In this document: positions 39,402 to 48,644 of the stretch, in pieces
Layout: each line of letters starts with the position of its first letter
How positions within the stretch are numbered: position 1 is the stretch's first letter
NCBI GenBank assembly: GCA_016699405.1
Contig: CP064972.1
Location: forward strand, 3,464,165 to 3,528,164
From: Holophagales bacterium
GTDB lineage: Bacteria; Acidobacteriota; Thermoanaerobaculia; Multivoradales; JAGPDF01
Reading direction: 5' to 3'
Length of the DNA: 64,000 nt
Position numbers and translations under genes: made by a program
The notes under the pieces: model-generated
What the model saw: the letters and a program-made list of their open reading frames with translations, nothing else
Databases searched by the model: none
Told to the model about the DNA's origin: nothing

Positions 39402-40619
39402 GTGCGGGTTCTGCTCGGCATCGGAGGCGGCATCGCCGCTTTCAAGGCGCCGGAGATCGTCCGCCGCCTGCGGGAGCGAGGGCACGAGGTACGGTGCGCT
39501 CCGACGCGCGCCGCCGCCTCGTTCGTGGCGCCCCTGACGCTCGAAGTGCTTTCGGGCCATCCCCTGCTTACCGAGGCCTATCTCGAGGCGGGAGGGGATG
39601 GTGCGGAAGAGCACATCGAGGCCGCTCGATGGGCGGAGTTGGCGATCCTCGCGCCCGCCACGGCGCATCTTCTCGCCCGACTCGCCCTGGGACTTGCCGA
39701 TGACGTGCTGACCACCACGCTCTTGGCGTTCGAGGGCCCTGTGGTCGCCGCACCGGCGATGCATGCGGCGATGTGGAGCAAGTCGGTGGTCGGCGAGCAC
39801 GTCGAGCGCCTGCGGAATCGTGGATTCACCCTCGTGGGACCGGTCCGCGGTCCCCTGGCTTCCGGCGAAGTCGGCTGGGGGCGCATGGCGGATCCCGAGG
39901 CGATCGTCGATGCGGCGGAGAAGGTTCTGCGCCCGCGCGATTTCGCCGGCCGGCGCGTCTTGATTACCGCTGGCCCGACCTACGAGCCGATCGACCCCGT
40001 GCGCTTCGTCGGGAATCGATCGAGCGGGAAGATGGGCTTCGCCCTTGCCGCCGAGGCGATCGCCCGGGGAGCCCAGGTCGACCTGGTCGCCGGACCGGTG
40101 TCCCTGCCGACCCCGAACGGGGTGACGCGCCTCGATGTCGAGACGGCCGCCGAGATGGCGGCCGCCGTGGCGGAGCGCGCGCCGAAGGCCGACGTGGTCA
40201 TCATGGCTGCGGCGGTGGCCGATTTTCGTCCGGCGAAAGCCGCGGCCGTCAAGATCAAGAAGCGCGACGGCGATCCCGAGCCGCTCGCGCTCGTCCGCAA
40301 CCCGGACATCCTGGCGAGTCTCGCCGACCTGGCGCCCCAGGCGGTGCGCGTGGGATTCGCCGCCGAGACCGGGAACCTCGAACAAGAGGGACCGGTCAAG
40401 CTGCAAGCGAAGCGGGCACGTCTCCTCGTCGCCAACGATGTCTCCCGCCCGGATATCGGCTTCGGGAGCGAGAGCAACGAAGTGACCATCTTCCGCGCAA
40501 GTGGCTCGCCGATCCGAGTCCCGCGTCGGTCCAAGGCGGAAGTGGCTCGCGTCATTCTCGATCTCGTGAACCAGGAACTGGCACCCCGTGAAGACTCCCC
40601 TCGAACCGGCGCTGGCTGA
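39402..40619 (+). CDS. coaBC: Bifunctional phosphopantothenoylcysteine decarboxylase / phosphopantothenate-cysteine ligase.
   Basis: Flavoprotein N-domain (LLGIGGGIAAFKAPEIVRRL) and DFP C-domain (GPTYEPIDPVRFVGNRSSGKMG). Confidence 0.9.
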   Translation: MRVLLGIGGGIAAFKAPEIVRRLRERGHEVRCAPTRAAASFVAPLTLEVLSGHPLLTEAYLEAGGDGAEEHIEAARWAELAILAPATAHLLARLALGLADDVLTTTLLAFEGPVVAAPAMHAAMWSKSVVGEHVERLRNRGFTLVGPVRGPLASGEVGWGRMADPEAIVDAAEKVLRPRDFAGRRVLITAGPTYEPIDPVRFVGNRSSGKMGFALAAEAIARGAQVDLVAGPVSLPTPNGVTRLDVETAAEMAAAVAERAPKADVVIMAAAVADFRPAKAAAVKIKKRDGDPEPLALVRNPDILASLADLAPQAVRVGFAAETGNLEQEGPVKLQAKRARLLVANDVSRPDIGFGSESNEVTIFRASGSPIRVPRRSKAEVARVILDLVNQELAPREDSPRTGAG

Positions 40620-41349
40620 CTGGATCGGCTACCTGGCCGACATCGGCTACGGTGACCTTCGCCGGGCGGGCCCCGCAGGGGCGGCCGCTCCTGCGGAGCG
40701 CCAATCGTCAAGTGACGTGGCGCCGCAGCCCTCCGATGGGTCAACTCGCGGCTCACGATCGGCGGTGAGCGAGCCGGACGGAGAGGGAAAGCGTGCAGAC
40801 GCTCTCCGCGTCCTCGGTGAGAAGGCGGCGGGATGCGTGGCCTGCCGCCTGGCTTCCCAGCGCGGGCGAGTGGTCTTCGGATCGGGGCCGTCCTCGGCTC
40901 GACTCATGCTCGTCGGCGAGGGGCCCGGGGCGGAAGAGGACCGCCAGGGGTTGCCGTTCGTCGGCCGGGCAGGGGAGTTGCTGACGCGGATCCTCGCTGC
41001 GATCGACGAGCGCCGCGATGAGGTCTACATCGCCAACATCGTGAAGTGCCGACCTCCGGCGAATCGCGAGCCGGAAGCCGACGAGGTCGAAGCCTGCATC
41101 GGCTTTCTCGAACGTCAGATCGATCTCGTCAAGCCGCGGGTCATCGTCTGCCTCGGTCGCATCTCGGCCCAGACGCTCCTCGGCAACGCCATGCCGATCG
41201 GCCGGATGCGAGGCAACTGGTACAACGTGCGCGGGATCGAGACCATGGTGACCTACCATCCGGCGGCGCTCCTGAGGAATCCGTCCCTCAAGCGTCCGAC
41301 CTGGGAGGACATGCAGAAGGTCCGCGATCGCCTTCGCGAGCTGAACTGA
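40588..41349 (+). CDS. Family 4 uracil-DNA glycosylase with a low-complexity N-terminal extension.
   Basis: Motifs GEGPG, FVGRAG, ANIVKCRPP, and HPAALLR. The start is uncertain, since it overlaps the coaBC 3' end. Confidence 0.8.
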   Translation: MKTPLEPALADWIGYLADIGYGDLRRAGPAGAAAPAERQSSSDVAPQPSDGSTRGSRSAVSEPDGEGKRADALRVLGEKAAGCVACRLASQRGRVVFGSGPSSARLMLVGEGPGAEEDRQGLPFVGRAGELLTRILAAIDERRDEVYIANIVKCRPPANREPEADEVEACIGFLERQIDLVKPRVIVCLGRISAQTLLGNAMPIGRMRGNWYNVRGIETMVTYHPAALLRNPSLKRPTWEDMQKVRDRLRELN

Positions 41350-41386
41350 CCCGACGCCGCCAGGGCGTCACTCGAGGCGGTGAACC

Positions 41387-42886
41387 GTGGAGCGAGGTTT
41401 TCGGATCGAAATCGCTGCTGCCGAGCCGAAGGGTTGCGACCGGCTCGTCGCCTTCACCTTCGAGGACCGCGAGTCCCATTTCCCGGCCGGGGTGCATGCC
41501 CGCTTCACCGAGCTCGCTCGGACGAGAGGATCGCGTGGCGTCGCTGGCGAACGCCTCGAGACGTCCGATCCACTGGGCGAAGGCCGGGTGCTCGAATTGC
41601 GCGGGCTGGGTCCCTCTCCAGCCCTGAAGCTCGAGACGCTCTGCGCGGCGGTGACGCGCGCGGCGCGCGACGGCGCCGCTGCCGGATCTGCCCGACTCGG
41701 CGTGCTGCTTCCGGACTCGGAGCTCCTGCGCCAGCCAGCTCATGCGGAAAGGATGCTCCGCGAGCTCGCGCTCGCAAGCTATCGCTTCGATCGCTTCCGC
41801 ACTTCGGCAGATCCGGAGGCGAGGTCGCCGATGCGGATCGATGTCGTGCCTCCGACCGGGGACCTTCGAGGCTGGCGATCTGCCCTCCGCCGCGCAGCGA
41901 TCGTCGGTCGAGCGACGCGCGCTGCTCGGGATCTCGCGAACACGCCGCCGAACGAGGCGACGCCGGACTGGATGGCATCGCGGGTCCGCGACCTCGGTCG
42001 TCGAATCGGGGCGAAGGTGACCGTGCTCGGCGAGCGCGAGCTGGCGCGTCGCGGGATGGGCGGCATCCTGGCGGTCGGACGCGGGTCATCGAACCCGCCT
42101 CGCATGGTTCGGCTGGAGTGGGGCCGAGGACCGCAGACGATCGCGCTCGTCGGCAAGGGGGTGACCTTCGACAGCGGCGGGTTGTCGATCAAGCCGGCAG
42201 CCGCCATGGACGAGATGAAGTGGGACAAGTGCGGCGCATGCGCCGTCTTCGGCGCGCTCCAGGCCGCCGCAGAGCTCTCGCTGCCCCTGCGCCTCCGCGC
42301 CTACCTGCCCTTTGCCGAGAACATGCTGGGGGGAGCCGCCTACCGCCCGGGCGACATCGTGACCTGCGGCAATGGCAAGACCGTCGAGATCCTGAACACG
42401 GACGCCGAAGGAAGGATGATCCTCGCCGATGCCATGGCCTGGGCGGCGAGTGACCGTGCCGACGCGCTCGTCGAACTCTCGACACTGACCGGCGCTTGCG
42501 TCGTCGCGCTCGGGCAGAACATCGCGGGGCTTTTCACTCCCGACGATCCCTTGGCCGAAGAGCTGACGGACGCGGCGAACGCTACCGGGGAACGGATCTG
42601 GAGGTTGCCGCTGGGAGCCGAGTTCCTCGAGGAGATGCGGGGGGCCCACGCGGACCTGCGCAACTCCGGCGGTCGATGGGGTGGCGCGAGCAACGCCGCC
42701 GCGTTTCTTTCCCAATTCGTCGAACCTGTTTCCCGCTGGGCGCACCTCGACATCGCCGGACCGGCCTACGTCGGCGGGGAGGATCGGGTGCGTCGGGGCG
42801 CCACCGGGTTCGGCGTGGCTCTGGTCGTCGAATGGCTCTCGCGGATCGCCGAGGGCACGGCCCGCCGTCGTCCGGCCCGAGCCTGA
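41387..42886 (+). CDS. pepA: Leucyl aminopeptidase (M17).
   Basis: M17 catalytic signature NTDAEGRMILADA, with the metal-binding region VGKGVTFDSGG. GTG start. Confidence 0.9.
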   Translation: MERGFRIEIAAAEPKGCDRLVAFTFEDRESHFPAGVHARFTELARTRGSRGVAGERLETSDPLGEGRVLELRGLGPSPALKLETLCAAVTRAARDGAAAGSARLGVLLPDSELLRQPAHAERMLRELALASYRFDRFRTSADPEARSPMRIDVVPPTGDLRGWRSALRRAAIVGRATRAARDLANTPPNEATPDWMASRVRDLGRRIGAKVTVLGERELARRGMGGILAVGRGSSNPPRMVRLEWGRGPQTIALVGKGVTFDSGGLSIKPAAAMDEMKWDKCGACAVFGALQAAAELSLPLRLRAYLPFAENMLGGAAYRPGDIVTCGNGKTVEILNTDAEGRMILADAMAWAASDRADALVELSTLTGACVVALGQNIAGLFTPDDPLAEELTDAANATGERIWRLPLGAEFLEEMRGAHADLRNSGGRWGGASNAAAFLSQFVEPVSRWAHLDIAGPAYVGGEDRVRRGATGFGVALVVEWLSRIAEGTARRRPARA

Positions 42887-43869
42887 TGAACGAGCTCTCC
42901 GTCGACGCCTTGCGTCTCGGCTTCTCGGCCGGCGGAGGGCGACGGACGGAGGTCCTCCGGGGCGTATCGCTCCACCTTTCCTCGGGCGAAGCGGTCGGTC
43001 TGGTGGGCGAGTCCGGCTCGGGAAAGAGCCTGCTCGCTCGCGCCATCCTCGGGTTGCTCCCTCGTCACGCCTCGATTGGAGCCGGACGGATCCTCCTCGA
43101 TGGCACCGATCTCCTCGCCGAAGCGGCGGGAGCTCATCGGCAGGTCCGGGGAAGCCGCCTCGGACTGGTTCTCCAGGAGCCAGCAGGAGCGCTGAACCCG
43201 GTGCTCTCCGTCGGCAGTCAGCTCGTCGAGGTGCTGCGGGCCCATCACCCACTCGGGAGGCGGGCCGCCGCAGCCGCGGCGGCAGAGCTCATCGAGATGG
43301 TTGCGCTCGCCAGGGGGGCGGAGGTCCTGGCCGCCTATCCCCACGAGCTCTCGGGCGGTCAACGGCAGCGAGTGCTGCTCGCCCTCGCGCTCGCAGCTCG
43401 CCCCCAGTTTCTGCTTGCCGACGAGCCAACGACCGCACTCGACTCGACGGTTCAACTGCGGATCCTCGGACTCCTCGATCGCCTGCGGCGCGAGCTCACC
43501 CTCGGGCTTCTCCTCATCACCCACGATCTGGCAGCCGTCGCTGCCATTTGCGCTCGCGCCTACGTCCTTTACGCGGGTGAGGTCGTCGAGGAGGGTCCGC
43601 TCTCCGACCTGTTCGCCACCCCTCGCCACCCGTACACGGCCGGACTGGTGGCCGCCCAACCTCGAGTTGGCCAGCGGCACCCTCGAGGGGGCCTTCCGAC
43701 GATCGGGGGCCAGGTTCCGGAGCCTTCGGCGCTTCCACCGGGATGCCCCTTCCATCCGCGTTGTCCGAGGGTGCTGCCGCGCTGTTCGTTCGAACGGGCG
43801 CCCTGGGTCGTGACCGGAACGGACCGGGGCGCTCGCTGCCACCTCCTCGTCTCGGCGGGGGAGCCATGA
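42886..43869 (+). CDS. ABC transporter ATP-binding protein, oligopeptide/dipeptide type (DppD/OppD-like).
   Basis: Walker A GESGSGKS, signature LSGGQRQRV, Walker B LLADEPTTALD, and a C-terminal oligopeptide-ABC extension with Cys residues. Start set at ATG 42886, overlapping the pepA stop. Confidence 0.8.
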   Translation: MNELSVDALRLGFSAGGGRRTEVLRGVSLHLSSGEAVGLVGESGSGKSLLARAILGLLPRHASIGAGRILLDGTDLLAEAAGAHRQVRGSRLGLVLQEPAGALNPVLSVGSQLVEVLRAHHPLGRRAAAAAAAELIEMVALARGAEVLAAYPHELSGGQRQRVLLALALAARPQFLLADEPTTALDSTVQLRILGLLDRLRRELTLGLLLITHDLAAVAAICARAYVLYAGEVVEEGPLSDLFATPRHPYTAGLVAAQPRVGQRHPRGGLPTIGGQVPEPSALPPGCPFHPRCPRVLPRCSFERAPWVVTGTDRGARCHLLVSAGEP

Positions 43870-44888
43870 CGCCGTTGCTCGAGGCCACCGGGCTCACCCG
43901 GTCCTTCCCGTCTCGGCTCGGCAACACCGGCCAGTCGACGCTGGCGCTTGCCGGGGTGGATCTCGTGCTGGAGCGTGGCGAAACTCTGGCCGTGGTCGGG
44001 GAGTCAGGCTGTGGCAAGACCACCCTCGGTCGTTGCCTGCTGCGCCTTCTCGAGCCCGACGCCGGATCGGTGCGGTTCGACGGGGTCGACATCCTGTCGC
44101 TCGGAGACCGCGAGCTGCGACGGCTGCGGCGCCGGATGCAGATGGTCTTCCAGGACCCGATGGGGTCGCTCGATCCGAGGATGCGGATTGGTGAGGTGTT
44201 GGCCGAGCCGATGGCGGCCCACCGTCTCGCCGGGCCCGAGGAACGGCGGTTGGCCGTCGCTCGCCTCGTCGAACGGGTCGGCCTGTCTGCAGACACTGTT
44301 CGGCGACTCCCCCACGAATTCTCCGGCGGGCAGCGTCAGCGGATCGCCATCGCGCGGGCACTGGCCACGGACCCGGATCTCCTGGTGGCCGACGAACCGG
44401 TCTCGTCGCTCGACGTGTCGGTCCGGGCGCAGATCGTCAACCTCCTGGCCGGGATCCAAGGCGAACGCGGCCTCGCGATGCTGTTCATCGCCCACGACCT
44501 GGCGCTCGTCGAGCATCTCGCCGACCGGGTGGCGGTGATGTACCGTGGCCGGATCGTCGAGACGGCGTCGACCTCTCGGCTCTTCGCCGCCCCGAGACAT
44601 CCCTACACCGTCGAGCTGCTCTCAGCCTCGACCGCGACGGCTGCCGCCTTGGCCGAATCGCGGCAGCTTCCTCCGGAGCCTGCAGAGTCCGTGGGTGCGG
44701 GGCAGCGGGACGCCGGTTGTCCGTTTCGCCTCCGCTGTCTCGGAGCTGGCGAACGCTGCGCTGCCGAGCGCCCGGAGCTCGTGACCGCCGATTCGGGACA
44801 TCGAGTGGCGTGCCACTTTCCGGGTAGCATTCCCTTCGAGCCGGAATCGGCGGCCCCGCAGCGGAACTTTTCTCCACCGGGTGCGTAG
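43866..44888 (+). CDS. ABC transporter ATP-binding protein, oligopeptide/dipeptide type (DppF/OppF-like).
   Basis: Walker A GESGCGKTT, signature FSGGQRQRIAIARAL, Walker B LVADEPVSSLD. Start at ATG 43866, overlapping the previous stop. Confidence 0.8.
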   Translation: MTPLLEATGLTRSFPSRLGNTGQSTLALAGVDLVLERGETLAVVGESGCGKTTLGRCLLRLLEPDAGSVRFDGVDILSLGDRELRRLRRRMQMVFQDPMGSLDPRMRIGEVLAEPMAAHRLAGPEERRLAVARLVERVGLSADTVRRLPHEFSGGQRQRIAIARALATDPDLLVADEPVSSLDVSVRAQIVNLLAGIQGERGLAMLFIAHDLALVEHLADRVAVMYRGRIVETASTSRLFAAPRHPYTVELLSASTATAAALAESRQLPPEPAESVGAGQRDAGCPFRLRCLGAGERCAAERPELVTADSGHRVACHFPGSIPFEPESAAPQRNFSPPGA

Positions 44889-44894
44889 GTTCAG

Positions 44895-46604
44895 ATGAAT
44901 AGGCGCTGGGCGCCAGCAGGAGCTTTCCAATCGATGAGGATCCCACGGATGAATCCGAAACTTCGTGCGTCGCAGTCGGCCGGGAGCGGGAGGACCGCTC
45001 TGATCGTCGCCGCGGTTCTCGCCCTCGGGGCGTGGTCGGTCGAGGCGGCCCAAGAGACCGTGCAGGTCTCGAGCAACCTGGCTCGGAGCACCACCGCTCC
45101 GGAGCTGCAAGCCGTCGAAGGAAAGGTCAAGCTTCGCCTCGATGACGCCATCTCGATCGCACTCGAGCGCAACCTGTCGCTGCAGGTGCAGCGCTACGAC
45201 CGGGAACGGAGCCGGCTCGGAATCGAGCAGGCTCTGGGGATGTACGATTTCTCGCTGACATCGTCGGCGCAGGCGTCCAGCGACACCAGCCCTGCCGCTT
45301 CGAATCTCGATGGCGCCGAGGTCCAGAAGAGCGATCGACTCGGGCTGCAGCTCGGCCTTTCGCGCCTCGTACCGACCGGCGGCGTCGCCGACGTGGCCTG
45401 GTCGAATAGTCGGCTGAAGACGAATTCGAGCTTCGCGCTGGTCAATCCGTCCTACAACTCCGGACTTGACTTCACCTTCTCGCAGCCGCTGCTGAGGGAC
45501 TTCGGCAAGGCGGTCACCGAGCGACCGATCGTGATCGCTCGCAACGGCGATGAGCTCAGTCGGCTCGCCTTTGTCCAGCGGGTCACCGACCTGCTCCGCG
45601 ACGTCGAGAACGCCTACTGGAGCCTCATCGACGCGAGGTACCAGCTCGAGGTCGCCCAGGCGAGTCTCGATCTGGCGCGTCAACTTCACGAGCAGAACCG
45701 CGTGCGTGTCGAGGTCGGCACCTTGGCGCCGCTCGAGCTGGTGCAGAGCGAGGTCGGGATCTCGACGCGTGAGGAGGAGATCATCCGCGCGCAGTTGGGG
45801 GTCGGAGACGCCGAGGACCGTCTGCGGCAGTTGCTCGGGCTCGATCGCGGCGACCTCTGGTCTGCCGAGATCGTGCCCGAGACGGCACCGGAGACGAGCC
45901 CGTATCCGATCGCCATCGAGAAGGCCATCGACACCGCTCTGCAAGAGCGCCCCGAAGTGGCGATCAAGCGCGTGACGCGCCAGAATCTGGCCGTCGACGC
46001 GGCCTACTATCGGAACCAGACCCTCCCACGCCTCGATGTGCGGGCGATCTACGGATTCAACGGCGTGGGTGGCGACGTGATCCTCACCGACTCGCTCGGT
46101 CACCCGATCGGCGTCGATACCGGTGGCTGGGGCGACGCGGTCCAGCAGGTCGCGGACGCGAACTACCGCGGCTGGTCGCTCGGCGTCTCCTTCGCCTACC
46201 CGTTGCAGAACCGGACCGCGCGCGCCAAGAGCGCCCAGGCCAATCTCCAGCTCTCGCAGAACGACACGGAGATGAAGGAGCTCGAGCTTGGCGTTTCGAC
46301 CGAGGTGAGATCGGCCGCTCGTCTCGTGGAGGCCGCTGCCAAGGCGATCGAGACGGCTCGCGCCTCGCGGCGCCTGGCCGAGAAGAACCTGGAAGCCGAA
46401 CAGAAGAAGTACGAGAACGGGCTGTCGACGAGCTTCCAGGTTCTGCAGATCCAGGACGAGCTGACCTCGGCTCGCAGCCGTCTGGCCAACGCGGTCACCG
46501 GCTACCGCAAGGCGCTGGTGGTCTTCCATCGAGCGACGGGCCGCCTCGTTCCCGAGAGCGGAGTGGAAGTCGTCTCGGATCCGATCCCGGCCAAGAGTCG
46601 CTGA
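44895..46604 (+). CDS. TolC-family outer-membrane efflux protein.
   Basis: Signal peptide, then two OEP repeats (LDDAISIALERNLSLQ...; LETARASRRLAEKNLEAEQKKYENGLST...). 569 aa. Confidence 0.8.
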   Translation: MNRRWAPAGAFQSMRIPRMNPKLRASQSAGSGRTALIVAAVLALGAWSVEAAQETVQVSSNLARSTTAPELQAVEGKVKLRLDDAISIALERNLSLQVQRYDRERSRLGIEQALGMYDFSLTSSAQASSDTSPAASNLDGAEVQKSDRLGLQLGLSRLVPTGGVADVAWSNSRLKTNSSFALVNPSYNSGLDFTFSQPLLRDFGKAVTERPIVIARNGDELSRLAFVQRVTDLLRDVENAYWSLIDARYQLEVAQASLDLARQLHEQNRVRVEVGTLAPLELVQSEVGISTREEEIIRAQLGVGDAEDRLRQLLGLDRGDLWSAEIVPETAPETSPYPIAIEKAIDTALQERPEVAIKRVTRQNLAVDAAYYRNQTLPRLDVRAIYGFNGVGGDVILTDSLGHPIGVDTGGWGDAVQQVADANYRGWSLGVSFAYPLQNRTARAKSAQANLQLSQNDTEMKELELGVSTEVRSAARLVEAAAKAIETARASRRLAEKNLEAEQKKYENGLSTSFQVLQIQDELTSARSRLANAVTGYRKALVVFHRATGRLVPESGVEVVSDPIPAKSR

Positions 46605-46630
46605 ACACGACGGAACGGGAGAACCTGACG

Positions 46631-47320
46631 ATGGAATCTTCGTTTGGCAGACTGTTCGGGGTCATCGTCTCGCCCCGCAAGACCTTCGAGTCGATCGCCG
46701 AGAAACCCACCTGGGCGTTGGCCCTGGTGGTCCTCATGCTGGTCGGGACGGTGGCCGTCTGGTTCTCGATCTCCAAGATCGATCCCGCGTCGCTTGCCCG
46801 GTCCGTCGCGGAACAGTCGAATCAGGAGCTGCCGCCGCAGATGACGCCGGAGCGCCTCCACACGATGACGATGGTCTCCAGCGTCGTCTTCGCTCTCGTC
46901 TTCGGTCCCTTGATCTACCTGGCAGCTGCAGGGCTCTTCCTCGTCGCCTCGCGGCTGTTCGGAAGCGAGATCGACTTCCGACGGGCCTTCTCGGTCACGC
47001 TGCACGGGCTGGTACCGTTCGGCGTTGCAGCCCTCCTGGGAATTCCCGTCGCCCTGGCCAAGGAGTCCGTGACGCTGGAGGAGGTGCAGGGCGGCTCGAT
47101 CCTCGCTTCGAACCTCGGGGCCTTCGCGAGCCCGGACCTCGGCAAGGTGAGCCAGGCGCTGTTGTCGAGCGTGGACCTCTTCTCGATCTGGTGCATCGTG
47201 CTCCTGGTGATCGGCTTCCAGACCGTGGGCAAGCTCTCGCGAGGCAGCGCCACCGCCAGCGTCGTCACCGTCTGGATGCTCGGACTGCTCGCCAAGGTCG
47301 GCATGGCAGCGCTGCGCTGA
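46631..47320 (+). CDS. Yip1-domain membrane protein.
   Basis: 229 aa with five TM helices. A conserved N-terminal cytoplasmic segment (VIVSPRKTFESIAEKPTW) is typical of the bacterial Yip1/DUF1282 family. Confidence 0.7.
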   Translation: MESSFGRLFGVIVSPRKTFESIAEKPTWALALVVLMLVGTVAVWFSISKIDPASLARSVAEQSNQELPPQMTPERLHTMTMVSSVVFALVFGPLIYLAAAGLFLVASRLFGSEIDFRRAFSVTLHGLVPFGVAALLGIPVALAKESVTLEEVQGGSILASNLGAFASPDLGKVSQALLSSVDLFSIWCIVLLVIGFQTVGKLSRGSATASVVTVWMLGLLAKVGMAALR

Positions 47321-47418
47321 CCCGCTGACCAGGCCGTCGTGTGGCTCGTCGACCGGACGACGAGTCGGAACATGTAGTCAAGGGACGAAGCAGGACGTTC
47401 GCGCGAGGAAGGCGAGTC

Positions 47419-48153
47419 ATGGCCCTGATCCACCTGCAAGGGGTGAAGAAGCTGTACGACATGGGAGCCGAGCAGGTTCGCGCCCTCAATGGCCTGGACC
47501 TCGAGGTCGAGAGGGGCGAGTACCTGGCCATCATGGGGCCGTCGGGAAGCGGCAAGTCGACGCTCATGAACCTTCTCGGTTGCCTCGATACGCCGACAGA
47601 AGGCACCTACGTGCTCAACGGGACGGCGGTCGAGAAGCTCAACGACGAGGAGCTGGCCGCCATCCGCAATCGCGAGATCGGCTTCGTTTTCCAGACCTTC
47701 AATCTGTTGGCGCGAACCGATGCGCTCCAGAACGTCGAGTTGCCCCTGATCTACTCGGGAGTCCCGCGCAAAGAGCGTCGCGAGCGGGCGCTCGAAGCGC
47801 TGCGGCGGGTCGGTCTGGGGGATCGAGTCCATCACCAGCCGAACGAGCTCTCCGGCGGCCAGCGTCAGCGTGTGGCGGTCGCGCGGGCGCTGGTGAACTC
47901 GCCTTCCATCCTGTTGGCCGACGAGCCGACCGGGAACCTCGACTCGGCGACCTCGACCGAGATCATGGGCCTGTTCGACGAGTTGCACCGCGCTGGCAAC
48001 ACGGTCATCCTGGTGACGCACGAGCTCGACATCGCCGATCACGCCGAGCGAAGGGTCCTGCTGCGCGACGGCCGGGTGGTCAGCGACGAACGCTCGCCGC
48101 GCTCGAATCCGCGGCAACCGGCAGAAGCCGCGGGCTCACCGGCGGTCGCCTAG
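47419..48153 (+). CDS. ABC transporter ATP-binding protein of the MacB/LolD/FtsE type.
   Basis: [24 protein letters not shown], and [11 protein letters not shown] (the GNLD variant is typical of the FtsE/LolD/MacB clade). Start set at ATG 47419. Confidence 0.85.
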   Translation: MALIHLQGVKKLYDMGAEQVRALNGLDLEVERGEYLAIMGPSGSGKSTLMNLLGCLDTPTEGTYVLNGTAVEKLNDEELAAIRNREIGFVFQTFNLLARTDALQNVELPLIYSGVPRKERRERALEALRRVGLGDRVHHQPNELSGGQRQRVAVARALVNSPSILLADEPTGNLDSATSTEIMGLFDELHRAGNTVILVTHELDIADHAERRVLLRDGRVVSDERSPRSNPRQPAEAAGSPAVA

Positions 48154-48372
48154 CTGAGACTTCGAAGGCTGGGTCGGGTCACGCCTCCGGTCGAACGCCT
48201 CGAGGCGGATCGACCTCGTGGCCACCGGCATGTCCGCCACGGTTTCGCCGAAGCCGTTCGGCAACGACTCTTGCCCTTGGCGGCACGGGCGGTGGGGAAG
48301 GGCCACCGCGTGTCAACGACCGAGCGTGGGAGGCCCGCCATTTCCAGGACCTGCGGGCAGCAGCGACAGTTG

Positions 48373-48459
48373 TGGTGCCGGAGACAGGAATCGAACCTGC
48401 ACGGCCGCAAGGACCGGGGGATTTTGAGTCCCCTGCGTCTACCGTTCCGCCACTCCGGC
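48373..48459 (-). tRNA. tRNA-Leu, anticodon CAA.
   Basis: The reverse complement reads GCCGGAG-UG-GCGGAACGGUAGACGC-AGGGGA-CUCAAAA-UCCCC-(long variable arm GGUCCUUGCGGCCGU)-GCAGG-UUCGAUU-CCUGU-CUCCGGC-A-CCA. Long variable arm plus the CAA anticodon. Confidence 0.8.
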
Positions 48460-48547
48460 AATCTGTGACCCAGCGAGCGGCGTCGGGATGCTATGGGCGA
48501 GGGCGAGGGGTGTCAACGCGTCCCAACGCCTCCCCGGCAGGTCAGAA

Positions 48548-48576
48548 TTGACCGAGCCCACCTTTTTGGGTAGAAT
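48548..48576 (+). promoter_or_regulatory. Near-consensus sigma70-type promoter upstream of the CarD/CdnL gene (TTGACC-17 nt-TAGAAT).
   Basis: TTGACC at 48548-48553, a 17-nt spacer, and TAGAAT at 48571-48576. It lies ~70 nt upstream of the GTG start, and an AAGGGAG RBS is present. Confidence 0.5.
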
Positions 48577-48644
48577 GCAGTGGTCGGAAGGGTAGGGCGA
48601 GAGTCAGCTCAGACCTCCAAGCCGCTGCAAATCAAGGGAGTCAA

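Noticed and set aside
44622-46529. 635-aa minus-strand ORF.
   Set aside because: Antisense to the TolC-like gene.
48154-48372. Possible sRNA or small protein between the orphan ATPase and tRNA-Leu.
   Set aside because: I saw no conserved RNA motifs (SRP, 6S, tmRNA) and no RBS-preceded ORF. Only weak stem-loops without U-tracts are present. The evidence is insufficient.
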